From: a virus
Taxonomy: Duplodnaviria > Caudoviricetes
Direction: 5' to 3' (one strand)
Virus record (IMG/VR): IMGVR_UViG_3300047561_001655
Span: 1 to 24,961 of that record
DNA length: 24,961 bases
The notes beneath the pieces are model-generated. The model made no database searches, had not been told where the DNA came from, and worked only from the letters and a program-made list of their open reading frames with translations. The position numbers and the translations under genes are program-made. Position 1 is the first letter of the stretch; each line of letters opens with the position of its first letter. Below are positions 8,327 to 16,075 of this stretch, piece by piece.

Positions 8327-9811
8327 TTAAGCTCCAGACCCTACTAGCGGGGCAGAGGTTAGTTTTCTCAGTGCTTCATCCAGTACGGTATAGACGTCGG
8401 ATAGGGTTTTTTGGCCTTTTGCTTCCTTGCCCGCTTCCGACTTAATAAATTCCTGGCGACGGCTGGCCATGGTGCGTTGATTTCCGCCTACAAACTCTTT
8501 AGTGCCAGACATTACTTTGGCATCAAATTCTTCTTTGTTAATTTTCTGCTGATCTTTGGCGGCCTTAGCTCGCTCCCTTGTGACAGTGTTCGAGATTCCC
8601 TTATCGCCTAGTGCCCCTGCAAATCCGAGCACTTCGCTGGCGGCGCCGCCTTTGGTTTGCTGGTATTGGCGAGACGTTCCGCCTGGGCCCGCAATCTTTC
8701 CGGCCTGCTCTTTATCGGTCTTCTGCTTTTCCATAGCCGCCTCTACTTCTAAGTTGGCGGCCTCAAGCATGCGTTCTGTGGCACGGGCACGATCCCGTTC
8801 GTAGCTATCGTTAGCCAGTTTTTTCTCACTCTCCTCGTTGGCGAGGACGCGCATGGCTTCGGCCGTACGATCTTTGATGGCGTCTTTTTCTGCGGTGCTC
8901 GCGTCTTTAATGGCAGATTTTTCTGCCTTTAATTTATCTTTTGCGGATGGGCCGCCCTCCGTATCGATCGGACCAGTTGTGGCTTTAGGTGCGGCCGTAT
9001 CTTGCCCAAAGTTTTTACGCGCAGTGGCGGCAGCGCCAGCGATGCCCATGGCGTTTTTAAAATCGCCCTTCATAACTTCGCCAGCTGATGCCATTGCAAA
9101 GCCAAGCTGTTCGGAGAGCATTTCAAGGGTTTTAACGACTGGCATGATGACTTGAGCCATCACCCCGAATCCGATGGTAAACCTGTTTTGCAGGACTTTA
9201 ATTGCATCAGATGCCTCGCTCAGTTGCTGGATAGTTTCCGCAGACCAAACGCCCATGGCTTGTCCGTTGGCCGAAATGGCCTCTGGCCCCATGCGTAGGG
9301 TTTCCATCAAGGCTCCCACGCTTTTACCTGCAACGTCTGAAGCGACCGCGAGCTGTTCTGTGGCTGGGATTGTGCCGCTGGCCATGGCCTTACTCAGCGA
9401 CATGAAGAGATCCTGCGGGCTCATCGTCTTTAGGTCTTCAACACTAAGGCCAATTTTAGCAAACGATTCAGCCATGGTCTCGTTTCCGCCGATGGCCTCT
9501 CCTGCGTTTTTGGAAAGCTTATTCATGGCGCTGGCCACGTCCTCTACCCCTGCCCCACTCAAACTGGCGGCGTTGCCGATCTCTTGAATGGAAACGGCGG
9601 ACACGCCGAAACGATTAGCTAGATCCTGCAACTGGTCGCCCTTTTCAATAGCGGTGCTGAATCCACTGATGACTTTATCCATGGCAAAGGCTCCGACTAA
9701 GGCGGTGCCAGCTTGCTTGGCAAATTTATTTACACTGTCGCTAGCTTTTTGCAGACCGCGATCCATGCCGGACGCGTCGAGGGCGAGTTTAGCGGTGGCG
9801 ACGGCGTCCAT
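8327..9811 (-). CDS. Tail tape measure protein (short, 494 aa)
   Basis: N-terminal AKLALDASGMDRGL, Ala/Gly-rich helical sequence (GDQLQDLANRFGVS..SIQEIGNAASLSG), charged coiled-coil C-terminal half; follows the chaperone genes. Confidence 0.85.
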   Translation of the reverse strand: MDAVATAKLALDASGMDRGLQKASDSVNKFAKQAGTALVGAFAMDKVISGFSTAIEKGDQLQDLANRFGVSAVSIQEIGNAASLSGAGVEDVASAMNKLSKNAGEAIGGNETMAESFAKIGLSVEDLKTMSPQDLFMSLSKAMASGTIPATEQLAVASDVAGKSVGALMETLRMGPEAISANGQAMGVWSAETIQQLSEASDAIKVLQNRFTIGFGVMAQVIMPVVKTLEMLSEQLGFAMASAGEVMKGDFKNAMGIAGAAATARKNFGQDTAAPKATTGPIDTEGGPSAKDKLKAEKSAIKDASTAEKDAIKDRTAEAMRVLANEESEKKLANDSYERDRARATERMLEAANLEVEAAMEKQKTDKEQAGKIAGPGGTSRQYQQTKGGAASEVLGFAGALGDKGISNTVTRERAKAAKDQQKINKEEFDAKVMSGTKEFVGGNQRTMASRRQEFIKSEAGKEAKGQKTLSDVYTVLDEALRKLTSAPLVGSGA

Positions 9812-9813
9812 TT

Positions 9814-10677
9814 TTAGGCAAAGCCTGCTTTTTTGCGCTCGTAGTCTGCAATAATGCCTAGGCGCTTCATCATCTTTTTGAGCTGGATGTCAATGGAGCG
9901 CTGGATGGTGCTATCGCTAATGGCGTTACCGATGCCGGGGATCTTGTTAGTGATTTTAATATAGGGCTTTGAGAAGGTGCCGACGGCCTTAGAGCTTTGG
10001 TCGTCCACCGTTCCGCCCCCGCCATGGCGGGTAACCCACGCGGGGAATCCCTTTAGGCCGCCCAAAAGCTTAGCGCAGGAAGACCAGCCGCTTTTCATTA
10101 TGCCCACATGACTCATCTTTTCTTTGTAGTATTTTTTTAGGTCGCTAGATTTATCTACGACAAGACCGATAAACTGATTTTTTGGAACGCTTTTGCGTTT
10201 ACCAAATCTGGCTGCGGCGTGGTCTTTGCCACCATCAAACGCGCCCAGCTGGGTATGAACGAAGGGAGCGGAGTTAATGCGGTTAAGTAGTTCCTGCGCC
10301 TGGCTACGGGCAGCCATAGTGCGCTTCTTTTTGCCCTTACCTGTAAATCTAGAATTTACTAAGGCAGAGAAAGCACGTCCTGCTTGGGCGGCGTTTTGAG
10401 TAGAGGTTTTACCACCGCCTGTAGATAGTTTAGATATACCGACGCTGGCTCCAGCAGGGCTTTTGTAGACTCGCCCAATATCTCGAGCCACCGCTTTTTC
10501 TCCTTGTTTCTTTGCTCCAGAATCTAGTCCAAAAGGTTGGGTACCTTTTGCAAGACTTACGCAAAGCATGCGGGCTTGAACTTTCATCTCCTTGCCTGCT
10601 TCCAGTTTGGTATTTCCAATAAAAGCCTTAAGCGCCCTTTCTAGTTTGGTCGCATCTACGGTAAAGGTGGCGCTCAT
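9814..10677 (-). CDS. Basic tail-completion/neck protein (HK97 gp10-like, putative)
   Basis: 287 aa, K/R/G-rich; N-terminal TVDATKLERALK and internal VGIMKSGW resemble gp10-like morphogenesis proteins. ATGA-coupled to the frameshift ORF. Confidence 0.45.
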   Translation of the reverse strand: MSATFTVDATKLERALKAFIGNTKLEAGKEMKVQARMLCVSLAKGTQPFGLDSGAKKQGEKAVARDIGRVYKSPAGASVGISKLSTGGGKTSTQNAAQAGRAFSALVNSRFTGKGKKKRTMAARSQAQELLNRINSAPFVHTQLGAFDGGKDHAAARFGKRKSVPKNQFIGLVVDKSSDLKKYYKEKMSHVGIMKSGWSSCAKLLGGLKGFPAWVTRHGGGGTVDDQSSKAVGTFSKPYIKITNKIPGIGNAISDSTIQRSIDIQLKKMMKRLGIIADYERKKAGFA

Positions 10678-11260
10678 AATCCTAACAGCCTTTCGATGTC
10701 ACGAATATCGGAGCCACCGATATGGTTGGCCCGCCTCAGCTTGGCGCCGTTCATATACAGGAAAACGTGTTCCGCCTGGTGAACTTGGCTGAGGGGTATT
10801 TCCCATAAGATTTTTTCGATGGACCATCCGGTCTCCTTTGCCAGGACGAAGACGCATGCGGCGCTCCCCCCTGGCGCTAGACGTTTGGGGGTGCGGCCTC
10901 GGCCAAGGCGCCGGGGATGACGTTTACGCGGGCTTTATTGGCGGCCCCGAGCACGGAGGAGCAGACGAGGGAGGCGGTCGTACGATCCTCCTCTGTCATA
11001 TTCTCAGACCAATCCAGAAGCTTTTCGCGAAAGGCATCCCGGTCCCACGCCAGTTTGATGGCGGCCCGGCGGTCTTGGGCAAGCAGGATGTGGATGTAGA
11101 CGAATGACCAGACGAAGTAGATGGCGCTGTCCGCCTCATCCCTCACCTGAAGCATGAGCAGGCGGCTGCCCTCCGTATACGGTGCCAGCTTGTCGCCTTT
11201 AAAGAATGTATCTGGGGCGATAAACGCCTCGTCCAGATCTTGCTCGAGGTTGTCGCTCAT
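10674..11260 (-). CDS. Tail assembly chaperone frameshift product (gpGT analogue; -1 frameshift at 10883-10889)
   Basis: The -1 frame reads ...RLAPGGSAACVFVLAKETGWSIEKILWEIPLSQVHQAEHVFLYMNGAKLRRANHIGGSDIRDIERLLGL* with TGA at 10674-10676 overlapping the next ATG. LAKETGWS..IL.E.PL is typical of gpT-like segments. Confidence 0.75.
10877..11260 (-). CDS. Tail assembly chaperone (gpG analogue)
   Basis: 127 aa acidic protein ending ...PPNV* with slippery heptamer C CCA AAC two codons before the stop; lies between tail tube and tape measure. Confidence 0.75.
   Translation of the reverse strand: MSDNLEQDLDEAFIAPDTFFKGDKLAPYTEGSRLLMLQVRDEADSAIYFVWSFVYIHILLAQDRRAAIKLAWDRDAFREKLLDWSENMTEEDRTTASLVCSSVLGAANKARVNVIPGALAEAAPPNV
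10883..10889 (-). other. -1 programmed ribosomal frameshift slippery site C CCA AAC
   Basis: X XXY YYZ heptamer in the correct phase at the end of the chaperone ORF; the -1 frame is open to 10674. Confidence 0.75.
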
Positions 11261-11634
11261 AGTTTGTTTAGAAGGGCACGCTTAAGCTCAGGACGGGCCT
11301 TCTCTGGCACTAACAACGTCTGCCCGCCCCGTTGGATGGAAAGGATAGGCTCGGCCCGTTTAACCAATCCTAGGAGCGTTTCTCGGTTTTCAAGGGCGGC
11401 GCGGACAAAGCGGATGGCGGATTCTTTGTCAGACTTCATTTCGCCCCAGGTGCGCTCCATTTCAGCGCGGGCTTCGTCTCCGTCGGGGCCGGAGGAGCTG
11501 AACCAGAAGGTGACCTGACGTTGACCGCCCTCCTTGACGATGCAGGTGACGGGATCGAGCTGGCGTAGGGTGGCGCCGAAGGCAGTAGCGGCGGCCGCTA
11601 CTTTCAAGTTAGTTGTTCCCCAGAAGCTTTCCAT
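11257..11634 (-). CDS. Hypothetical phage protein between tail tube and chaperone
   Basis: 125 aa; TTNLKVAAAATAFG...VTFWF is reminiscent of DUF5659-like phage proteins (unverified); ATGA-coupled to the chaperone gene. Confidence 0.5.
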   Translation of the reverse strand: MESFWGTTNLKVAAAATAFGATLRQLDPVTCIVKEGGQRQVTFWFSSSGPDGDEARAEMERTWGEMKSDKESAIRFVRAALENRETLLGLVKRAEPILSIQRGGQTLLVPEKARPELKRALLNKL

Positions 11635-11653
11635 TTTTGTAAGAGGATTTCAG

Positions 11654-11673
11654 TAAACCGCCGGTGCGGTTTA
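11654..11673 (-). terminator. Hairpin after the tail tube gene
   Basis: Perfect 8-bp stem TAAACCGC-ACCG-GCGGTTTA including the stop codon, followed by CTGAAATCCT. Confidence 0.5.
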
Positions 11674-12021
11674 GCTCATGTTTGGATAGCGGGTGGCGCT
11701 GACGTCTACGGTGACGAAAGCGTCTGGGCTCTTGGAGAAGGCCACAGATTCGACCACGATCTTGCCACCTGTGCTGGTAGCGTTGGCGAGGGTGGTGAGA
11801 ACGGCGCCTGCAGTTGTGGTGTAGGAGCCAGTGATGGAACCAGAGAAGCTGATAGAATCGGTTTGGTTATACAAAGCTAGGCCGACCACATTTCCGGTCG
11901 CGTCTCTAACTTCTGCGCGTTCAATGTTGCGGGTTTCAGAAAAGCTCGAGATGAGTAGGCCGCTCTCCGCCGTAGCGCCAAAAGAAAGGCCAGTGGTTCC
12001 GATGGTGACTGCGTTTGCCAT
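11671..12021 (-). CDS. Major tail tube protein (putative)
   Basis: 116 aa beta-rich, S/T-rich protein after the terminator-like gene, followed by a hairpin and the chaperone genes. No sheath gene is present. Confidence 0.65.
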   Translation of the reverse strand: MANAVTIGTTGLSFGATAESGLLISSFSETRNIERAEVRDATGNVVGLALYNQTDSISFSGSITGSYTTTAGAVLTTLANATSTGGKIVVESVAFSKSPDAFVTVDVSATRYPNMS

Positions 12022-12043
12022 ATTGTCCTAAAGTACGTGTCAA
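12019..12043 (-). promoter_or_regulatory. TTGACA-N16-ATG element (tail tube)
   Basis: TTGACA CGTACTTTAGGACAAT ATG; the TGA inside the hexamer is the upstream gene's stop. Confidence 0.55.
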
Positions 12044-12486
12044 CTCGCGATGGAACCGGGAAACGCGATGACGGTGAGCTTGTAGTTTTGGTTGTAGCTG
12101 CGCTCCTCGTTATCGGCGCTGGCTTCGCTAGATTCTAGCTTGGCGCTGTAGGTGCGGGCTGAACCGATGGCAGTGGTGGCGTTAAGCCTGGCTGAAAGAT
12201 TAGTCGCATCGAAAAAGCACTGCAGGATCTGGCTACACTGGGCGCTGTGAGAGGCGGGGGTGGCGTCGTCGTAGCTTTCGTCAAAGATAATTTCTACCGG
12301 GACGCTGAATACGCCACTGCCTCTGACGGGTTCTTCTGATCCCATCGACGCCTTAATCACGATGGACGGAGGCATGTTCTCCGACTGATCGTGGGAGAGG
12401 TGATAGGTAGGAGCGGTAACTACGGGTGAGATCAGCTCTTTGAAAGCGGCTTCGATTAAACGATCGAGCATGGTGACGGCGGCCAT
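12040..12486 (-). CDS. Tail terminator/tail completion protein (putative)
   Basis: 148 aa acidic protein with P-S-I-V-I and a C-terminal beta strand, immediately upstream of the tail tube. Confidence 0.55.
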   Translation of the reverse strand: MAAVTMLDRLIEAAFKELISPVVTAPTYHLSHDQSENMPPSIVIKASMGSEEPVRGSGVFSVPVEIIFDESYDDATPASHSAQCSQILQCFFDATNLSARLNATTAIGSARTYSAKLESSEASADNEERSYNQNYKLTVIAFPGSIAS

Positions 12487-12506
12487 AGAATACGGCCAAA
12501 TGTCAA
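12484..12506 (-). promoter_or_regulatory. TTGACA-N14-ATG element (tail terminator)
   Basis: TTGACA TTTGGCCGTATTCT ATG. Confidence 0.6.
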
Positions 12507-12509
12507 AAC

Positions 12510-12546
12510 TTGCCCTTCACGTTCTGGCCTATATTTTTAGTGGATG
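12510..12546 (+). promoter_or_regulatory. Sigma70-like, probably leaderless promoter for the plus-strand moron
   Basis: TTGCCC-N16-TATTTT-N6-ATG. Confidence 0.45.
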
Positions 12547-12810
12547 GCTAGGTGGTTTTTTATCTTTGTTTTGTTTTGTAGCGTGGCGCTGGGATCTGAT
12601 GCGGTAAGCGAAAAGCGGCTGACCCTAGACGACGGAAAGTGGTGTCTAAAAGGAAGGCCGTTTTCTGGGGTGGCTTTTGCGGCGGATGCAAACTGGCGGG
12701 CAGAAATGACTTACTTAGATGGAGTGCTAGACGGGCCCGTGACGGTGATCGTAAACAATAAACTGTTTTCGCAGTTCAGCTATTCCAACGGGGTGCGCTC
12801 TACCAGATAG
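12544..12810 (+). CDS. Secreted/membrane-anchored small protein with MORN-variant-like repeat (moron)
   Basis: Only credible plus-strand gene. Signal peptide MARWFFIFVLFCSVALG, then KGRPFSGVA...EMTYLDGVLDGP...FSYSNGV (YwqK/MORN2-like). Occupies an otherwise empty gap and has its own promoter-like sequence. Confidence 0.65.
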   Translation: MARWFFIFVLFCSVALGSDAVSEKRLTLDDGKWCLKGRPFSGVAFAADANWRAEMTYLDGVLDGPVTVIVNNKLFSQFSYSNGVRSTR

Positions 12811-13417
12811 GACGGATCTCTGGATCAAAGGTGACCATGGTTTTGCATCCTGCCCCGCCGTGCGGGTAGGTAGGAGTGTAGTGGTAGCGCCTTACGCAAT
12901 CAGGCCACTGGATGCGACCCCTGCCCCGCTGGGCTTTAGACGTATCCACAGAGCGGTCGTTATCCTCGATGATAAATGTGCACGGTAACTCTTTCCCATC
13001 GACGTAGTTGACCGCCTCGTAAAAGTGTCCCTCGTCTTCCGCACCATCGCCCAAAAAGCACCAGACACGTTTACCACTGCCCTGCTCTTTGAGTGATGCG
13101 GCTACGCCGGCCGCAATCCCGCAGGTGCCTGCAAGGATGCTGGAGGTGTAAAAGTTTAATTTACGGTCAAAGACAAACATGCTCCGGCCGTCTCGTATCA
13201 TCTGCTCGAGCACGGCAGGATCTCCGCCTGCCAGTAGGTAGTGGTAGTGGGAGCGGTGGCTAGAGAAGATCCAATCCCCTGGTGAAATGTTTTTAAAGAT
13301 ATCAATTAGCTGGTCTTCGTTGCCCCCGCATAGGTGCAGGAGATAAGGCAGTTTACCCTGCTCAAAGATATCTTTGATGCGTAGCTCAAAACCGATCAGC
13401 TCGCTCTTAGTTTTCAT
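12800..13417 (-). CDS. ThDP-dependent enzyme, E1-alpha-like PP domain (minimal, 205 aa)
   Basis: HLCGGNE, DWIFSSHRSHYHYL, ThDP-binding GDGAEDEGHFYEAVN...FIIEDND. Lacks the C-terminal third of canonical PdhA. Confidence 0.85.
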   Translation of the reverse strand: MKTKSELIGFELRIKDIFEQGKLPYLLHLCGGNEDQLIDIFKNISPGDWIFSSHRSHYHYLLAGGDPAVLEQMIRDGRSMFVFDRKLNFYTSSILAGTCGIAAGVAASLKEQGSGKRVWCFLGDGAEDEGHFYEAVNYVDGKELPCTFIIEDNDRSVDTSKAQRGRGRIQWPDCVRRYHYTPTYPHGGAGCKTMVTFDPEIRPIW

Positions 13418-13544
13418 TCTGCCCTTTTAATACTTTTGTGCTTTCCTTGTGAACTGCATAAAATTCTGAATCTGGATTTTCTTTTTTTAGAAAATCAAGG
13501 AATGATTTTAGCATTTCCTCGCTTATCTGTTCTTGTGTTTTCAT
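13407..13544 (-). CDS. Hypothetical protein, 45 aa, low GC
   Basis: Hand translation: MKTQEQISEEMLKSFLDFLKKENPDSEFYAVHKESTKVLKGQNEN*. Overlaps the E1-alpha start by 11 nt. Confidence 0.45.
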   Translation of the reverse strand: MKTQEQISEEMLKSFLDFLKKENPDSEFYAVHKESTKVLKGQNEN

Positions 13545-13547
13545 TTG

Positions 13548-13694
13548 CTATTTAATAATCCTAACAATCCACTTCAGAATACACTCCAATAGGGTGACGA
13601 TCAGATAGGCTAGGATGATAAAAGCCCAGAACGCCAAGTTGAGAAACACGATTCCCAGCACTATCCCAACCCCTATTTTTATTCCTAATATCAT
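13548..13694 (-). CDS. Small membrane protein, 48 aa, low GC
   Basis: Hand translation: MILGIKIGVGIVLGIVFLNLAFWAFIILAYLIVTLLECILKWIVRIIK*. Almost entirely hydrophobic; starts 4 nt after the radical SAM stop. Confidence 0.55.
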   Translation of the reverse strand: MILGIKIGVGIVLGIVFLNLAFWAFIILAYLIVTLLECILKWIVRIIK

Positions 13695-13698
13695 TTTC

Positions 13699-14790
13699 TT
13701 AGACGAAAGCGTCGTGGCTATCGGTGGCTAGTTTTTCAAAGAGTGCGACTTTGGCGTGGTTAGCGCACTCATGTTGGCAGCTCACCCCAGGGTTAAAGTT
13801 CTTATGCCATGCCCGTGCCTCATCGCTGAACCATGCCTCGGCAAAGCTTTGGTTTTTCATAGAGGCGATCCGTCCGTGGTTGCTGTAGGCGGTGTTATGG
13901 CAGGCGTAGATATCCAGATCCGCACCTACGACGCAGGCCGCCTGAGCGTAAAGGCAACGGTGGAACGGGCGCAGAGGAGATTTGCTAGGACTATCCAGAT
14001 CGTAGGTGGTGTTAATGGTGAAGTCTGAATCGCAAAAGGATTGGCACTCGGCCAGTTGTTCGCGCACACGGGTGGCGATTGTGGTGTGGTACTCCTTAAA
14101 GTTCTGCACGTAGACGGGTGAGAAGCGGACGTTTTCAACTCCGATATCTTTAAGCCGCTTTGCAAAAGGGACTAGGCCCTCGTAGTTGTAATTTGTAATT
14201 ATGAAATTTACACCTAGGTCGCACGACTCGGTTTTTGTTGTGGCAAATTGCTCGAGGTTAGTGATGACGCCGTCGAACCAAGACTCGGGCACGTTACGAC
14301 TAGCGACCATCTGCTCGGAGCTTGTGTAGTCCATGGATACCCGCACCCACTTTGCCTGGCCTAATACCTCCGCCCGCAGGCCGGACAAGCTCTGGCCGTT
14401 TGTGATCATAGACAGATCCAAACCCACATCGATGGCGCGGCCCATGATGACGGCGATATCCCGGTGCAGTAAGGGCTCGCCACCGCCTGAGAAGGTAATG
14501 GCTTTGGTTCCGATGGCGCCCAGATCGTCCATCAGCTCGAGGGCTTTTTCTTTGGGCATGGTGTCCCGCTCGTTCATTGTGGTGTGCATGCCTGATTGGA
14601 GGTGGAGATCTGGCCGATCCTTCTTGCGGGTGGAGCCGTCCGAGTAGGTGCAGAATCGGCAAGCGTGTTGGCAGATGTTGATAGGCTTTACCCGCACGTA
14701 AATCGGGGCAGTGATAATATCGTCCCGAAAGCTGGCGATCTTTTCTGGGAACGAAAAGATTTTCAGGTCGCTGTACTTGTTTTGTTTCAC
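13699..14790 (-). CDS. Radical SAM enzyme with C-terminal SPASM/twitch domain
   Basis: CQHACRFC (CxxxCxxC), TFSGGGEPLL, ITNG, VRVSMD; C-terminal RCLY..ACVVGADLDIYAC...CQHEC. GTGA-coupled to the E1-beta-like gene. Confidence 0.92.
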   Translation of the reverse strand: MKQNKYSDLKIFSFPEKIASFRDDIITAPIYVRVKPINICQHACRFCTYSDGSTRKKDRPDLHLQSGMHTTMNERDTMPKEKALELMDDLGAIGTKAITFSGGGEPLLHRDIAVIMGRAIDVGLDLSMITNGQSLSGLRAEVLGQAKWVRVSMDYTSSEQMVASRNVPESWFDGVITNLEQFATTKTESCDLGVNFIITNYNYEGLVPFAKRLKDIGVENVRFSPVYVQNFKEYHTTIATRVREQLAECQSFCDSDFTINTTYDLDSPSKSPLRPFHRCLYAQAACVVGADLDIYACHNTAYSNHGRIASMKNQSFAEAWFSDEARAWHKNFNPGVSCQHECANHAKVALFEKLATDSHDAFV

Positions 14791-15314
14791 AGCAGATCCT
14801 TCATTTCGACGAGCATGGTGGAGCGCCCTAGGCTCAAGGCATCCAGCGCATCCTGGTACGCGGGCACGATCTCGTCTGGGCTGGTTAGCTTTAAGACTGG
14901 AAAATTGACCATAGCCCGGACGGAGTCGGTAAAGTCTTGGACGTGGGTGGGGCCGGTGTAGAGCGGCTTTGTTTTATTACCGACGACAACGCGCAGGATG
15001 GCGGCTGGGGTAAACTCACCGCAGGAGATATCACGGGCGGCGCTGAGGTGATTAACGATCGCATCCAGTGCGTTAAGAATAAAATCCATACGCTCAATAA
15101 AAACGATGGGCTTAAGGCCAGTTAGGCTCATGCCAGTGGCTAGGCCGACCATAAGATTCTCAGCCACGGGAGTCTCAACCAACTGGCAATCCGGCACAGT
15201 GCTAAGGGTGCCCGCGGCCCGGCCGCCGATCTTCACACCGTACCCGATGAACCGGGTGGTAGTATCAGCCGCCAGTAAGTTCATCGCGGCGGTGAGCTGG
15301 CCTTTATAGGTCAT
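14787..15314 (-). CDS. ThDP-dependent enzyme, E1-beta/transketolase pyrimidine-binding domain only (175 aa)
   Basis: ETPVAENLMVGLATGMSLTGLKPIVFIERMDFIL.ALDAIVN and GPTHVQ. ATG at 15314 overlaps the upstream TGA. No transketolase C-terminal domain. Confidence 0.85.
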   Translation of the reverse strand: MTYKGQLTAAMNLLAADTTTRFIGYGVKIGGRAAGTLSTVPDCQLVETPVAENLMVGLATGMSLTGLKPIVFIERMDFILNALDAIVNHLSAARDISCGEFTPAAILRVVVGNKTKPLYTGPTHVQDFTDSVRAMVNFPVLKLTSPDEIVPAYQDALDALSLGRSTMLVEMKDLL

Positions 15315-16075
15315 AGGATTCCTAGTTCCTCGAGGATGGAAATGGCGTGATGCGGACTGCGGGCAACCCGACCGCGCGGGGTAAGCACAACGCTTTCTGT
15401 GTCTAGGCACATGATGTGCGTGGCTAGGCGGTTGTGAACGTTAAAGCAGGGCCAACTGGGGCCGGTGGAGGTACCGACGATGAGCTTAGCTTTAGCGGCG
15501 GTGGCTCCGATCCAAGTCACATTCTTTCCGTCAAACGCCGGACATAACCCAGTGGGCGCGGTTGTGACTACACGATGCCCTTTGGCTACTAGCCTAGATA
15601 CAAGGGTGCGAAAATGATCAGGGTTAAAATTTTGAAACTGACCAGAGAGCCCTGGTGAATTGATCACGACGGCATCAAAATCAGGAGCCATTGAGATAAA
15701 AGAATCCAGAGCGGGATAATCAAAAAGAAGATCGTTCACCGTGGTGATCGGATTCTTTACTCCCATTCTGCTGGCCAGCTCGGCAAACCAATCGAGATGG
15801 AACTGGGCAAAGTTTAATTTATCGGGGTGACGCTCCCAATGGCCTCCTGCATTACGCCAAGAATCGATACTCTCGGCGGGCGCTTGGTCGATTGTTTTTA
15901 AACGCAGGCGCAGGGAGATATCGCTACGCATCGCATCAATCTCCTCCATTTTGCAAAAGCCCGGATTATAGTAGTGGGTAATCTCTAGTTCTGGATTCGC
16001 CAGGCTAAGACGGCGGAGGAAGTTTAACTGGATGAGATTATCCCCAAGACGCAGACCGTTGTGGGTGTGAATCAC
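15311..16075 (-). CDS. GT-B glycosyltransferase, GT9 (heptosyltransferase)-like
   Basis: N-terminal LGDNLIQLNFLRRL...NPELEIT and C-terminal AKLIVGTSTGPSW match the GT9 patterns LGD...L..L...P...I and A.L.IG.DSGP.H. Confidence 0.65.
   Translation of the reverse strand: MIHTHNGLRLGDNLIQLNFLRRLSLANPELEITHYYNPGFCKMEEIDAMRSDISLRLRLKTIDQAPAESIDSWRNAGGHWERHPDKLNFAQFHLDWFAELASRMGVKNPITTVNDLLFDYPALDSFISMAPDFDAVVINSPGLSGQFQNFNPDHFRTLVSRLVAKGHRVVTTAPTGLCPAFDGKNVTWIGATAAKAKLIVGTSTGPSWPCFNVHNRLATHIMCLDTESVVLTPRGRVARSPHHAISILEELGIL

Noticed and set aside
13699-14790. moaA/pqqE/queE assignment for the radical SAM gene (e.g. 7-deazaguanine DNA modification)
   Set aside because: No MoaA C-terminal GG motif, no precursor peptide or PqqD, and no queC/queD/folE/dpdA in the window.
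12800-15314. Auxiliary metabolic genes pdhA/pdhB (pyruvate dehydrogenase)
   Set aside because: Both subunits are truncated, in reversed order around a radical SAM gene, and there is no E2/E3. The context is glycosyltransferases, so gene symbols were withheld.
15315-15410. Longer starts from the ORF track (15410, 1114, 404, 22513, 22179, 24919, 5346)
   Set aside because: They create long overlaps with upstream genes or ignore ATGA/GTGA coupling and the TTGACA-N14 spacing, which point to the downstream starts used here.
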